Positions 20,873 through 30,766 of a DNA stretch of 64,000 nt are shown piece after piece. The stretch is from assembly GCA_031962025.1 (NCBI GenBank), contig JAVRKW010000002.1, one strand, 5' to 3'. Each line of letters starts with the position of its first letter. Within the stretch, counting starts at the first letter, position 1. Made by a program: the position numbers and the translations under genes. Under the pieces are notes generated by a model that saw only the letters and a program-made list of their open reading frames with translations, ran no database searches and was not told the DNA's origin. Source of the stretch: Pseudothermotoga sp. (GTDB lineage: Bacteria > Thermotogota > Thermotogae > Thermotogales > DSM-5069).

Positions 20873-23463
20873 CTTAGATCCCCCAGTATCTGCTGTAAGA
20901 CTTTCAAACGCGATTCTGTTTCTGAGAGTTTCTCACGCGTTTCTTTTATCACGTCTTCAAGTGCATGTGATAGAAATTTCTCATCGGACAGTTTTTTCAC
21001 GTACCATTCTTTTTCTTTGAGTAGTTTTTCGATATTTTTTTCAAGCCTGCTGATCTCTTTTTGAATATCAACACCGGTTATATCCACGTATATGTGAAAC
21101 TCCTGATTGACGAATGCCGTTGCACTGTTTTGCGGTTTACTTTCGACGTACTCGATTGTCTTTATATTTGCAAGATGCTTTATCAGAAATTGCTCCTGTT
21201 CAGACAGATGTTTCCCGTGGATATACAGTGTGCACTGTTTTGATGCCATATCCAGTTCTGATCGCACATTTCTTATGCCTCTGACGATTTGCATGATCAT
21301 CTCAAAGTTCTTTTCAGCAAGATCGTCTGAAAAATTGTCTTCTACCTGGGGCCAGGATGCGATTGTTATCGACTCTCCTGCAACTGGAAGATTCTGCCAC
21401 AGCTCTTCCGACAAAAATGGCATAAACGGATGCAGCAATCTCAAGCTTGAATCTAATACCTTTACCAGAACATTCTGAACTGTGGCTCTGTTTTCACCAT
21501 TCAACATTGGCTTTGCCGATTCTATGTACCAGTCACAGAATTCGTTCCAGAAGAACTCGTAGATGGACTTTGCCGCTACGTTGAAATCGTAGTTTTCAAG
21601 AGCCTGAGTTACCGCCAAGATAGTTTTCTGCAGCCTTGAAAGAATCCATCTGTCGGCAAGTGAAAGTCCATCAAGTGGTTTTTCCTGATAATCACTAAGG
21701 TTGATTAGCACAAATCTGGTGGCATTCCAGATCTTGTTGGCAAATTTCCTGTATGTATCAAAGTATCTCTCGTCGAGTTTTATATCACTGCCCTGGGCTG
21801 CAAGGATTGCTAGGGTGAATCTTACAGGATCTGTCCCATATTTCTTGGACATATCTATCGGATCTATACCGTTTCCGAGTGACTTGCTCATTTTTCTTCC
21901 GTATTTATCCCGTATTAGCTGGTGTATATAAACATCGGTGAATGGCTTTTCATTCATAAACTGATATCCCATGACAATCATTCTTGCAACCCAGAAGAAA
22001 ATTATGTCAAAACCGGTTACAAGAACAGATGTTGGATAATATTTCTCAAGGTCCTGTGTTTTTTCGGGCCAGCCGAGAGTTGAAAATGGCCACAGTGCAG
22101 AAGAAAACCAGGTATCCAGTACATCTTCGTCCTGCCTTATCGATCCAGAATGGCATTTTGGACATTCTTTGACATCTGTTTCAGACACGATAATTTCACC
22201 GCAATCATCACAGTACCAGACTGGTATTCTGTGTCCCCACCAGAGCTGTCTGCTGATACACCAGTCGCGCACGTTGTACATCCAGTGAAGGTAAACCTTT
22301 TTCCACCTGTCTGGGACAAAACGAACCTGACCTGTTTCGACAGCCTCTATGGCTTTTTGAGCCAAAGGCTTCATGCTCACAAACCACTGATCCATGACCC
22401 TCGGTTCGATCTCTCTGTCGCACCTGTAACAGTGACCGACGGAGTGATCTATATCTTCAACCTTTACCAGATAACCGCCATCCTGAAGATCTCTCACGAT
22501 CATTTCTCTTGCTTTGTAGCGATCCAGACCTATGTATTTTCCTCCATTTTCATTTATTCTTGCTTCGTCGTCGAATATGTCGATGAACTCGAGATTGTGT
22601 CTTTTAGCGACTTCGAAATCATTTGGATCATGTGAAGGAGTGATTTTCACAGCACCGGTACCAAATTGTGGATCGACGTACTCATCGGCTATTACTGGTA
22701 TTTCTCTGTTGACCAGCGGCAGGATCACCTTTCTATTGATGACATTTTTATACCGTTCGTCTGTGGGGTTGACAGCAACAGCAGTATCTCCGAGCATCGT
22801 CTCTGGTCTTGTGGTTGCCACAACGATATAATCACTGCCATCTGAAAATGGATATTTTACGTAGTACAGTTTCGCCTTTTTTTCCTCATGTTCAACCTCT
22901 TCATCTGACAAAACCGTCTTACACCTGGGACACCAGTTAACCATGTATTTGCCTTTGTAGATCAATCCATTTTTGTACAGCTCAACAAAGACCTTCCTCA
23001 CGGCATTGGACAATCCTTCATCCAGGGTAAATCTTTCTCTTGTCCAATCAACTGATGCTCCCAGTGTTTCTATTTGCTGGCGTATTTCAAGCCTGTACTT
23101 TTCAGCCCATTGCCAGACTATTTTGAGAAATTCTTCTCTTCCCAGTTCTTCGCGTCTTTTACCTTGAGATTCTATGTATCTTTCAACGGCATTTTGTGTG
23201 GCAATACCAGCGTGATCCTCACCGGGTATCCACAGTGTATCAAAGCCACGCATTCTCTTGTAGCGCACTAAGATATCCTGCAGAGTTATATTGAGCGCAT
23301 GTCCCATGTGGATGCGTCCTGTTATATTTGGAGGTGGTATTACGACCACAAATGGTGTGCCACTTCCCTTTGGAGTGAAATATCCATTTTGTACCCACTT
23401 TGTGTACCATTTTTTCTCAATCTGTTCTGGCATGTACCGAGTACCAAGGTCCATTTTACTCAC
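20869..23463 (-). CDS. valS: Valine--tRNA ligase
   Basis: PPPNITGRIHMGH, WCISRQLWWGH, KMSKS. Confidence 0.98.
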   Translation of the reverse strand: MSKMDLGTRYMPEQIEKKWYTKWVQNGYFTPKGSGTPFVVVIPPPNITGRIHMGHALNITLQDILVRYKRMRGFDTLWIPGEDHAGIATQNAVERYIESQGKRREELGREEFLKIVWQWAEKYRLEIRQQIETLGASVDWTRERFTLDEGLSNAVRKVFVELYKNGLIYKGKYMVNWCPRCKTVLSDEEVEHEEKKAKLYYVKYPFSDGSDYIVVATTRPETMLGDTAVAVNPTDERYKNVINRKVILPLVNREIPVIADEYVDPQFGTGAVKITPSHDPNDFEVAKRHNLEFIDIFDDEARINENGGKYIGLDRYKAREMIVRDLQDGGYLVKVEDIDHSVGHCYRCDREIEPRVMDQWFVSMKPLAQKAIEAVETGQVRFVPDRWKKVYLHWMYNVRDWCISRQLWWGHRIPVWYCDDCGEIIVSETDVKECPKCHSGSIRQDEDVLDTWFSSALWPFSTLGWPEKTQDLEKYYPTSVLVTGFDIIFFWVARMIVMGYQFMNEKPFTDVYIHQLIRDKYGRKMSKSLGNGIDPIDMSKKYGTDPVRFTLAILAAQGSDIKLDERYFDTYRKFANKIWNATRFVLINLSDYQEKPLDGLSLADRWILSRLQKTILAVTQALENYDFNVAAKSIYEFFWNEFCDWYIESAKPMLNGENRATVQNVLVKVLDSSLRLLHPFMPFLSEELWQNLPVAGESITIASWPQVEDNFSDDLAEKNFEMIMQIVRGIRNVRSELDMASKQCTLYIHGKHLSEQEQFLIKHLANIKTIEYVESKPQNSATAFVNQEFHIYVDITGVDIQKEISRLEKNIEKLLKEKEWYVKKLSDEKFLSHALEDVIKETREKLSETESRLKVLQQILGDLR

Positions 23464-23487
23464 ACCTCCAGTAGATCTTATGCCATG

Positions 23488-23516
23488 ATTTTATCAAAAA
23501 ATGGCTTATTAATCAA
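23488..23516 (-). promoter_or_regulatory. Sigma-A type promoter of valS
   Basis: TTGATT-17 nt-TAAAAT with TGn extension on the minus strand. Confidence 0.6.
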
Positions 23517-23880
23517 TGAATATACGAACAGTTGTGCCGTCAGCTCCCGTTGCGTTTATTATATCTCCTTCTATTTCCGACAGACCCTTCATGGCTTCAT
23601 CGAGCTGTTGTGACAAGAGATCCAGATCGACGTTGGGAAATTTTTCTTTCAGAGCTGGTAGAGATAGCTTTAGAATTTGCACCAGTCCAACTGGAATTTT
23701 GATATCCACTTTATCTCCATCTTTACCTTTGGCTTGAATGTAAAACATTCTCTTTTTTTCCGATTTTTGCTGCTTGGGTTCTGAAAAAATACCCATAGTT
23801 TCAGCAAGCTCAAGTGCCTGTTCAGGTGTGAGCTTTCCGTCTTTCACCATATTCATGATCCTGAAAAGTTCCTCCCTCAT
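23509..23880 (-). CDS. SHOCT-like domain protein (YvlB/LiaX N-terminal-like)
   Basis: ELFRIMNMVKDGKLTPEQALELAE bihelix, then a VDIKIP...GTTVRIF domain. Confidence 0.7.
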   Translation of the reverse strand: MREELFRIMNMVKDGKLTPEQALELAETMGIFSEPKQQKSEKKRMFYIQAKGKDGDKVDIKIPVGLVQILKLSLPALKEKFPNVDLDLLSQQLDEAMKGLSEIEGDIINATGADGTTVRIFID

Positions 23881-24251
23881 GGTTTAACCTCCTTATCACC
23901 TTTAATCAGTGAAATAGCGGTGGAAAAGTCGATTTGATTGGTTTCGAGTTGATCCAGGATATTCGAGTAGTTGTTCTGCTGTGGCGATGAATAACCAAGG
24001 TTTGCCAGAACTCTATTGAAATATGAATGCACTGTAGGGTAAGAAATTCCAAGTTTCTCTGCGACCTTTGTGAGATTTCCTCTGTTTTTCAGATATATTC
24101 TGAGAAATTCTAAATCTTCTTCACACAGGCTGTTGAATTCATTGGGTGTGAATTGACCTTCGATTTTAGTATTGCATTTTTTGCATCTGTAAGAAGTTAC
24201 CACGACCTCGGAGTTGCAAACCGGGCATTTTGAAAAAAACCGGTTCATCAC
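23877..24251 (-). CDS. DUF2089 family zinc-ribbon/HTH protein
   Basis: CPVC...CKKC, GNLTKVAEKLGISYPTV. Confidence 0.85.
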   Translation of the reverse strand: MMNRFFSKCPVCNSEVVVTSYRCKKCNTKIEGQFTPNEFNSLCEEDLEFLRIYLKNRGNLTKVAEKLGISYPTVHSYFNRVLANLGYSSPQQNNYSNILDQLETNQIDFSTAISLIKGDKEVKP

Positions 24252-24257
24252 TTCACC

Positions 24258-24773
24258 TCACACAATACCAATTTTGACTGTTGTACCTTCACTCTCAACG
24301 GTCACAAAATCCCCGGAAAAGCTCATTAGTTCGTCTATACAGGAAATGAAAACCTCCTGAAGAATCTGAAAGGTTTTCTCATCCAGTGAGATTTTGTTTT
24401 TGAAAGATTTGAAGATCAGCGGTAAAAGCGATCTTAAAAATGGTTTTAGCACAATGATGATTGAAAAAGGTATTGCGATCCTCACGTGAGTTGAATCGGC
24501 ACTGTCATCAACCAGGATCAGAAATTTTTTTCCAGCAGGCGGGGTTATCATATTTTCAATCCACTCAAGATCCTCCGAGCTCAGTTTATCTTTCAACCTC
24601 TCTTTAATAACTTCCCTGATCTGTCTTGTTTTTTTGATAAGCTTTGCATGATGTGAGAATATTTCGGTTAATATGTAAACTCCAAGTGCGGTGAATATAA
24701 TCCCAAAGAAAACCTTTGCCCCAAAAAATATCAGACAAACACCCGCCAAGACAAGAACTGCTGCCAGATACAT
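24258..24773 (-). CDS. Hypothetical protein, 2 N-terminal TM helices, C-domain paralogous to 23509-23880
   Basis: GGAGGTG RBS; VRIAIP...GD...GTTVKIG. Confidence 0.7.
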   Translation of the reverse strand: MYLAAVLVLAGVCLIFFGAKVFFGIIFTALGVYILTEIFSHHAKLIKKTRQIREVIKERLKDKLSSEDLEWIENMITPPAGKKFLILVDDSADSTHVRIAIPFSIIIVLKPFLRSLLPLIFKSFKNKISLDEKTFQILQEVFISCIDELMSFSGDFVTVESEGTTVKIGIV

Positions 24774-24902
24774 TCACTCACCTCCAAAAAATCAAAGGAC
24801 TACTTTATATTTTATCAAATCATATCTTATAATAATTGAAAACGGGAAATTTTCTGTGGTTTATTGTGTAATCTTAAAGTTTCAATATCTTAACTGAATG
24901 GG

Positions 24903-24911
24903 TGGTAAAAT
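24903..24911 (+). promoter_or_regulatory. Extended -10 promoter of the rplU operon
   Basis: TGG-TAAAAT about 100 nt before the rplU start. Confidence 0.5.
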
Positions 24912-24934
24912 ATCAAAGCGTAAAATTCACAAGA

Positions 24935-24991
24935 GCACTTGAAAAATGTGAGAAAGGCTCCTGTTGAGATGGGAGCTACATTTTTCAGTGC
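24935..24991 (+). ncRNA. Candidate structured 5' leader of the rplU operon
   Basis: GCAC-T-TGAAAAATGT pairs with ACATTTTTCA-GTGC; inner GCTCCTGT/ATGGGAGC stem; GAGAAAG internal bulge; no U tract. Confidence 0.55.
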
Positions 24992-25013
24992 ATGTTGCCA
25001 AGGAGGTGAACGT

Positions 25014-25337
25014 GTGTACGCAATTATCGAAACAGGAGGCAAGCAGTACAAAGTTTGTGAAGGTGACACCATCGCTGTCGAAAAATTACCACAGCAGCAA
25101 GGAGAACAGGTTGTTTTCGAGCGAGTGCTTCATCTTTCGACCGATTCGAGTGCGAAGATAGGCAAACCTTATCTGCAGGGTTGTACAGTAGTTGGTACCG
25201 TACTGGGTCATGAAAGAGCCAGAAAGGTAACGATTGTGAAGTACAAATCTCGAAAGAACTATCGACGTGAGCGCGGACACAGACAGTGGTTTACACTGGT
25301 GAAGATTGAAAAAATACAGACCGGTGAAGCACAGTGA
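25014..25337 (+). CDS. rplU: 50S ribosomal protein L21
   Basis: YAIIETGGKQYKV, GHRQ; GTG start after AAGGAGGTG. Confidence 0.98.
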   Translation: MYAIIETGGKQYKVCEGDTIAVEKLPQQQGEQVVFERVLHLSTDSSAKIGKPYLQGCTVVGTVLGHERARKVTIVKYKSRKNYRRERGHRQWFTLVKIEKIQTGEAQ

Positions 25338-25669
25338 TAAAGGTTACATTTTACAGATCTTCTGAGCATTATCTTTCTTTCATTGCTCGTGGTCACAGTC
25401 ATTTTGATGTTGAAGGTAAGGATATAGTATGTGCCGCAGTTAGTGCACTGGTTCAGCATACGGCTAGAATTCTCTCTGATCAGGGCGATGCGGTTGTTAA
25501 AAAATCAAAAGGAAGACTTGAGATATCCCTGAAGAATCAGAACGAACTATCGGATCTGTTGATAAACGAGCTGTACAAAAGTCTGAGTGATTTGCAAGAG
25601 CAATTTCCTGCCAACCTTTCTGTGGAGGTGAATGTGGATGCGAATCGATATACAGATGTTCGCTCATAG
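25334..25669 (+). CDS. prp: Ribosomal-processing cysteine protease Prp
   Basis: GHS and DIVCAAVS motifs; sits between rplU and rpmA. Confidence 0.92.
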   Translation: MIKVTFYRSSEHYLSFIARGHSHFDVEGKDIVCAAVSALVQHTARILSDQGDAVVKKSKGRLEISLKNQNELSDLLINELYKSLSDLQEQFPANLSVEVNVDANRYTDVRS

Positions 25670-25907
25670 AAAAAGCGGGAGCACCAATGGTCGAGACAGT
25701 AGGCCGAAATATCTTGGTGTCAAAGTTGGAGATGGTCAAAAAGTTCTTGCCGGTAATATCATTGTCAGGCAAAGAGGAACTAAAATACATTCTGGTAAAA
25801 ATGTTGGTTGCGGCAAGGATTTCACTCTCTATGCTTTAAAAGAAGGTATTGTGAGGTTCTATGTGAAAAACAACAAAAAATTCGTTGATGTTATACCTCA
25901 AGAGTGA
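25638..25907 (+). CDS. rpmA: 50S ribosomal protein L27 with cleavable N-terminal extension
   Basis: [25 protein letters not shown]. Confidence 0.97.
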   Translation: MRIDIQMFAHRKSGSTNGRDSRPKYLGVKVGDGQKVLAGNIIVRQRGTKIHSGKNVGCGKDFTLYALKEGIVRFYVKNNKKFVDVIPQE

Positions 25908-25919
25908 GGAGGAATTGTC

Positions 25920-26363
25920 ATGGCGCGTTCGTTTCCCATACAAAAGACCACAGTTGTTAGAGAAACCGGGAAAAAGTGGTATCTTGTCGATGCTTCAGGA
26001 AAAGTGCTTGGAAGGCTCGCAACTCAGATTGCAAAGTACCTTATGGGTAAAAATGAACCCACATTCTTTCCCGGAGTTGACACGGGAAATTATGTCGTTG
26101 TGATAAACGCTGAGAAGGTTGTTCTGACCGGTGATAAGCTTGACAAGAAGATATATTACCGCCATTCTGGATACCCTGGAGGATTGAAAGAAAACACCGC
26201 AAGACAGATTCTTGAAAAACATCCAGAAAGATTGATATACCTTGCTGTGAAAAGAATGCTTCCCAAGGCTGCGCTTGGAGATAAGTATCTAAAAAGGCTC
26301 AAAGTCTATGCAAAAAATGAACATCCACATGAGGCTCAAAATCCCCAGCCTTTGGAGCTTTGA
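25920..26363 (+). CDS. rplM: 50S ribosomal protein L13
   Basis: WYLVDA, LGRLA, HSGYPGG. Confidence 0.98.
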   Translation: MARSFPIQKTTVVRETGKKWYLVDASGKVLGRLATQIAKYLMGKNEPTFFPGVDTGNYVVVINAEKVVLTGDKLDKKIYYRHSGYPGGLKENTARQILEKHPERLIYLAVKRMLPKAALGDKYLKRLKVYAKNEHPHEAQNPQPLEL

Positions 26364-26377
26364 TGGGAGGGTAAACA

Positions 26378-26782
26378 ATGCCAGAGAATGTTGTCTATCA
26401 CGGTTTGGGTAGGAGAAAGACTTCCGTAGCGAGAGTTTATCTCTTTCCCGGTCAGGGTAAGCTGACAATAAACGATAAACCCTATAACTCTGCGCAGGAG
26501 TACTTTAAAGACCAGGTCAGGGCAAGGCAGGCTCTTGAGCCCCTGTTGCTCACAAAGATGAATGAGAAATTCGATGTTTTCATAAGAGTTGAAGGAGGAG
26601 GTCTCTCGGGTCAAGCTGGTGCTGTGAGATTGGCACTTGCCCGTGCCCTGATTCAAGTCAATCCCGAGCTCAGACCTACTCTGAAAGCTCAGGGTATGTT
26701 AACAAGAGATCCGCGCATGGTCGAAAGAAAGAAGTACGGTTTGAAAAAAGCTCGAAGGGCTCCACAGTACTCAAAACGTTAA
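26378..26782 (+). CDS. rpsI: 30S ribosomal protein S9
   Basis: [29 protein letters not shown]. Confidence 0.98.
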   Translation: MPENVVYHGLGRRKTSVARVYLFPGQGKLTINDKPYNSAQEYFKDQVRARQALEPLLLTKMNEKFDVFIRVEGGGLSGQAGAVRLALARALIQVNPELRPTLKAQGMLTRDPRMVERKKYGLKKARRAPQYSKR

Positions 26783-26789
26783 TTTTGCG

Positions 26790-26825
26790 GGGTGTCGTAC
26801 TCGACACCCTGTGTTGAACTTTTTT
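26790..26825 (+). terminator. Hairpin after rpsI, probable terminator
   Basis: GGGTGTCG-TACT-CGACACCC; the T run starts about 10 nt after the stem, so it is atypical. Confidence 0.55.
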
Positions 26826-26937
26826 CTTCAAAATCAGTCTAAAAAATTTGGTATTAAGATCCCGCAAAGTATTACCTTTCTGTCCGACGGGAGGAAGTTG
26901 TCTGATATCTTCTTTCTTGGGACATTAGAATTTCACA

Positions 26938-28611
26938 ATGGTGAGCAAAGAAATCATTGAGAGAATCAAGCGTGAGGTCGATATAGTTCAGGTCGTCTCA
27001 CAATATGTTTCGTTGCAAAAAGTTGGTTCCAGCTACAGGGGATTGTGTCCATTTCACAGCGAGAAGACCCCATCTTTTCATGTCAATCCAACCCTTAAGC
27101 TCTACCACTGTTTTGGTTGCGGGGCTTCTGGTGATGTCATAAAATTCGTTCAGGAAATTGAACACATTTCTTTCTACGATGCGCTCAAAAAACTCGGACA
27201 GATGGTTAACATACAGGTGGATTTCGACACAAAGCAATCTGCCAAAGAAAAGTACATCGATTTTCTCAATAAAGTTCATGCACAGTACAGAAAACAGCTC
27301 ATGCAGAATAAAGAAGCGATGAAATACCTTTTTGATAGAGGTTTCAAACAAGAAGAAATTGAACAGTACGAATTTGGTTACTGCCCCGCTGGGTCAAAAT
27401 TGACTTTAAAGGTTGCATCAGAACTCTCTATACCGCTTTCTAAGGTCTTTCAGTATGGTGTTGTGAAAACTGTTGCACATGAATATCTTGATCTTTTTGA
27501 AGGCAGGATAGTGATTCCTATAAAAGATGATCTTGGAAGAACCATAGCTTTTGGTGGAAGATCGATCGACAATCGCGAGCCGAAATATCTCAATTCTCCT
27601 GAGACAGAATATTTTTCAAAACGCTCGACGCTTTTTCTACTCGATAAAGCGAAAAAAGCCATCAAAGGTGTTGACTTTGCAGTCATCACAGAAGGGTATT
27701 TCGATGCCATAGCATTCCACAGGGCTGGGATTACAAACGCTGTAGCAGTACTTGGAACGAATCTTTCCAAAGAACATCTGGTTAAACTCGGGGCTTTGAG
27801 CAGGAATGTAATACTCTGTTTCGACGCGGATGAAGCAGGACAGAGAGCAACTTTGAAATCTTTGAAAACACTGATAGATATGTCCTTTGATGTGGCTGTC
27901 GCACTGTTTTCGCAGAAAGATCCAGATGAAGTTTTTAAAACAGAAGGCGCAGATGCTTTGAAAAGAGCATTGAAAAAAGCAGTATCTTTCGAAGAATACA
28001 TAGTTGAGTTCTATTCAAAATTTTTTGATCTTTCTTCGCCTGCTGGTTCTGAGAAATTTTTAAACCAGCTGAAAGTATGGGTGCAATCTCTACTGAATAC
28101 CCAGAGAATTCAAAGATATGAAAATCTGTTGAAGATGATATCAACAAAGGTGAAACTCTCAGTATCTCAGCTCACTGAGTACTACAGGACTCAGGAATTT
28201 CAGAAAGAACAGGCTTCAAGGATAACCCTTCCAAATGACGAAGACTATTTGATTTACCTTTATATAACTCAAGAAGAACTGAGAAATGAACTGTCCAAGA
28301 TAGACAAGTCTGTTATGAGCGAAAAAGCCAGAAAGGTTCTCGAACTGCTTGAAAGTGGCACTGATATTTCTGAGCAGGATGAAGAAATTAAAAAGTACAT
28401 TTTTGATTTGTTATCGAAAATACCCCCGGGTGATTCATTGAAGATGCTTGAAGACATAAAAAAGCGTTTTGCAAGAAAAGCAATTGAAAAGCGTTTGTCA
28501 CAGATAGACGGTAAACTTGCCAATTGCAAGAATGATGAAGAACGTGCAGAACTTTTAAAAGAAAGGTTGAATTTGATTAGAACAATCGGAGGTGATCGAG
28601 GTGGAACGTGA
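26938..28611 (+). CDS. dnaG: DNA primase
   Basis: CPFH...CFGC zinc finger, [24 protein letters not shown]. Confidence 0.97.
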   Translation: MVSKEIIERIKREVDIVQVVSQYVSLQKVGSSYRGLCPFHSEKTPSFHVNPTLKLYHCFGCGASGDVIKFVQEIEHISFYDALKKLGQMVNIQVDFDTKQSAKEKYIDFLNKVHAQYRKQLMQNKEAMKYLFDRGFKQEEIEQYEFGYCPAGSKLTLKVASELSIPLSKVFQYGVVKTVAHEYLDLFEGRIVIPIKDDLGRTIAFGGRSIDNREPKYLNSPETEYFSKRSTLFLLDKAKKAIKGVDFAVITEGYFDAIAFHRAGITNAVAVLGTNLSKEHLVKLGALSRNVILCFDADEAGQRATLKSLKTLIDMSFDVAVALFSQKDPDEVFKTEGADALKRALKKAVSFEEYIVEFYSKFFDLSSPAGSEKFLNQLKVWVQSLLNTQRIQRYENLLKMISTKVKLSVSQLTEYYRTQEFQKEQASRITLPNDEDYLIYLYITQEELRNELSKIDKSVMSEKARKVLELLESGTDISEQDEEIKKYIFDLLSKIPPGDSLKMLEDIKKRFARKAIEKRLSQIDGKLANCKNDEERAELLKERLNLIRTIGGDRGGT

Positions 28612-29779
28612 AGAAATCAAGGAAGAATTTGAGGAAAAATCCGAACAGAAGCCCACTATGACCAACGAGGAGATAGAAAAGAGGATAAAATCTCTCATAA
28701 GAACCGGTAAGAAAAAGGGATTTATAACGTATGATGACATAGATAAAGCCTTTCCACCAGATTACGAAGGTTTTGATACCTCTCTAATAGAACGTATATA
28801 CGAAGAACTGGAAAAAAACAAGATCAACATTCAGGATGCTGAACCCGAGTCCTTAGAGGATTTGGAAGACAGCACCATAGAATCTGAAATTCCAAGCCTT
28901 TTAGAAGAAGGACCAGAGGTATATGACAACGTTGCCCTAAAAGATCCCATAAAGATGTATCTGCGTGAAATTGGGAAAATACCTCTGCTCACGCCTTCTC
29001 AGGAACGTGAGCTTGCAAGACGCGCACAGGCTGGCAATGAAAGGGCAAAAAGAAAGCTCGTTGAGTCAAACTTGAGACTGGTTGTGAGCATAGCCAAAAG
29101 GTACATAGGAAGAGGCTTGCCTTTTCTGGATTTGATTCAGGAAGGAAATATAGGACTGTTAAAGGCTGTGGAAAAATTCGACTGGAGAAAAGGGTACAAA
29201 TTCAGCACATACGCTACCTGGTGGATCAGACAGGCTATTACACGCGCCATAGCGGATCAGGCAAGAACCATAAGAATACCGGTTCACATGGTCGAAACCA
29301 TCAACAAACTCAACCGAATAACAAGAGAATATTATCAAAAATACGGTGAACAGCCATCGCTCGACGAACTTGCCAAACTCATGGATAGGCCAGTCGACAA
29401 AATCGAAGAGATACTTCAGGCTTCCAAGGAGACCGTTTCACTGGAAGCTCCTGTCGGTGAAGATGAAGATTCAACTGTTGGAGATTTCGTGGCAGATGAA
29501 AACATAGCATCTCCAAAGAAGGAAGCCATGAGAATGCTGATGCGCGAAGAGCTCGAAAAGGTGCTCAAGACTCTCAATCCAAGAGAAGCCATGGTCCTGA
29601 AAATGAGATATGGATTGCTCGATGGAAAAGCCAAAACCCTGGAAGAAGTTGGTCAGTATTTCAATGTCACAAGAGAAAGGATCAGACAGATAGAAGTCAA
29701 GGCTCTGAGAAAACTGAGACATCCGTCCAGAAGTAAGTATTTGAAATCACTGTTCTCTCTGCTCGATCAGCAGGGATGA
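28601..29779 (+). CDS. rpoD: RNA polymerase primary sigma factor
   Basis: [42 protein letters not shown]; start may be 28592. Confidence 0.97.
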   Translation: MEREEIKEEFEEKSEQKPTMTNEEIEKRIKSLIRTGKKKGFITYDDIDKAFPPDYEGFDTSLIERIYEELEKNKINIQDAEPESLEDLEDSTIESEIPSLLEEGPEVYDNVALKDPIKMYLREIGKIPLLTPSQERELARRAQAGNERAKRKLVESNLRLVVSIAKRYIGRGLPFLDLIQEGNIGLLKAVEKFDWRKGYKFSTYATWWIRQAITRAIADQARTIRIPVHMVETINKLNRITREYYQKYGEQPSLDELAKLMDRPVDKIEEILQASKETVSLEAPVGEDEDSTVGDFVADENIASPKKEAMRMLMREELEKVLKTLNPREAMVLKMRYGLLDGKAKTLEEVGQYFNVTRERIRQIEVKALRKLRHPSRSKYLKSLFSLLDQQG

Positions 29780-29791
29780 GGTAAAATAATC

Positions 29792-30766
29792 ATGAGAGGT
29801 GGTGTGAAACTGACATCCAAGACAATTGAAGTTCCAGATAACGTCGATATGGTTGTTGTCTTAGGACAGTACGACAACAGATTGAGATTTCTTAGAAAGA
29901 GATTTTCCGTAAACATAGACATTTCGGACAAAAAAATCACGGTGGCTGGCAATGACCAGACCATAGTTGAAACAGTTGAAAGTATACTCTCTCAAGTTGT
30001 TACCGCAGCCAAAAAAGGTTATGTCATGGATTGGAGTGAGTTCGAATCTCTGGTTGATTTGTATTCTTCTTGGGATAGATCCTTGGCACAGAGTCCTCAA
30101 GAAAATATCCTGTCTGGCAGAATCAGACCCAAAACGAAGGGTCAGGCTGAATATGTCGAGGCAATGAGAAAATTCGATGTGGTGTTTGCAATCGGTCCTG
30201 CTGGGACGGGTAAGACATATCTTGCAGTAGCCATGGCTTTGGACTATCTCAAATCGGGAATTGTCCAGAGAATTATACTCACAAGACCTGCTGTTGAAGC
30301 TGGTGAGAAACTCGGATTTTTACCTGGTGATCTGGTTGAAAAGGTGGATCCATATCTCAGACCAATCTACGATGCCATAATGGATATGATGCCTGCCGAG
30401 AAGTTTTACACCTACAGACAAAAAGGCATAATCGAGATTGCACCATTGGCTTTCATGCGCGGCAGAACATTGAACAACTGCTTTGTCATACTCGATGAGG
30501 CTCAAAATGCGACTCACCAGCAGATGAAAATGTTTCTGACAAGAATTGGTTTCAACTCTAAAGCGGTCATCACAGGAGATGTAACTCAGATAGATATTGA
30601 TAAAGGTAATTCGGGCTTGATAGAATGCGAGAACATTCTCAAAGGCATAGATGGCGTAGCGTTTGTCTACCTATCTGAGTCTGATATCGTCAGGCATCCT
30701 GTTGTCAAAGAGATCATCAAAGCCTATGAAAATTATGAAAGGAATAAACATGAAAAAAGCGGCTGA
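29792..30766 (+). CDS. phoH: PhoH family ATPase
   Basis: GPAGTGKT, RGRTL, DEAQN, GDVTQID; start uncertain. Confidence 0.92.
   Translation: MRGGVKLTSKTIEVPDNVDMVVVLGQYDNRLRFLRKRFSVNIDISDKKITVAGNDQTIVETVESILSQVVTAAKKGYVMDWSEFESLVDLYSSWDRSLAQSPQENILSGRIRPKTKGQAEYVEAMRKFDVVFAIGPAGTGKTYLAVAMALDYLKSGIVQRIILTRPAVEAGEKLGFLPGDLVEKVDPYLRPIYDAIMDMMPAEKFYTYRQKGIIEIAPLAFMRGRTLNNCFVILDEAQNATHQQMKMFLTRIGFNSKAVITGDVTQIDIDKGNSGLIECENILKGIDGVAFVYLSESDIVRHPVVKEIIKAYENYERNKHEKSG

Noticed and set aside
26898..26960. TTG-started uORF overlapping the dnaG start
   Set aside because: SD-to-start spacing is only 3 nt; no other support.
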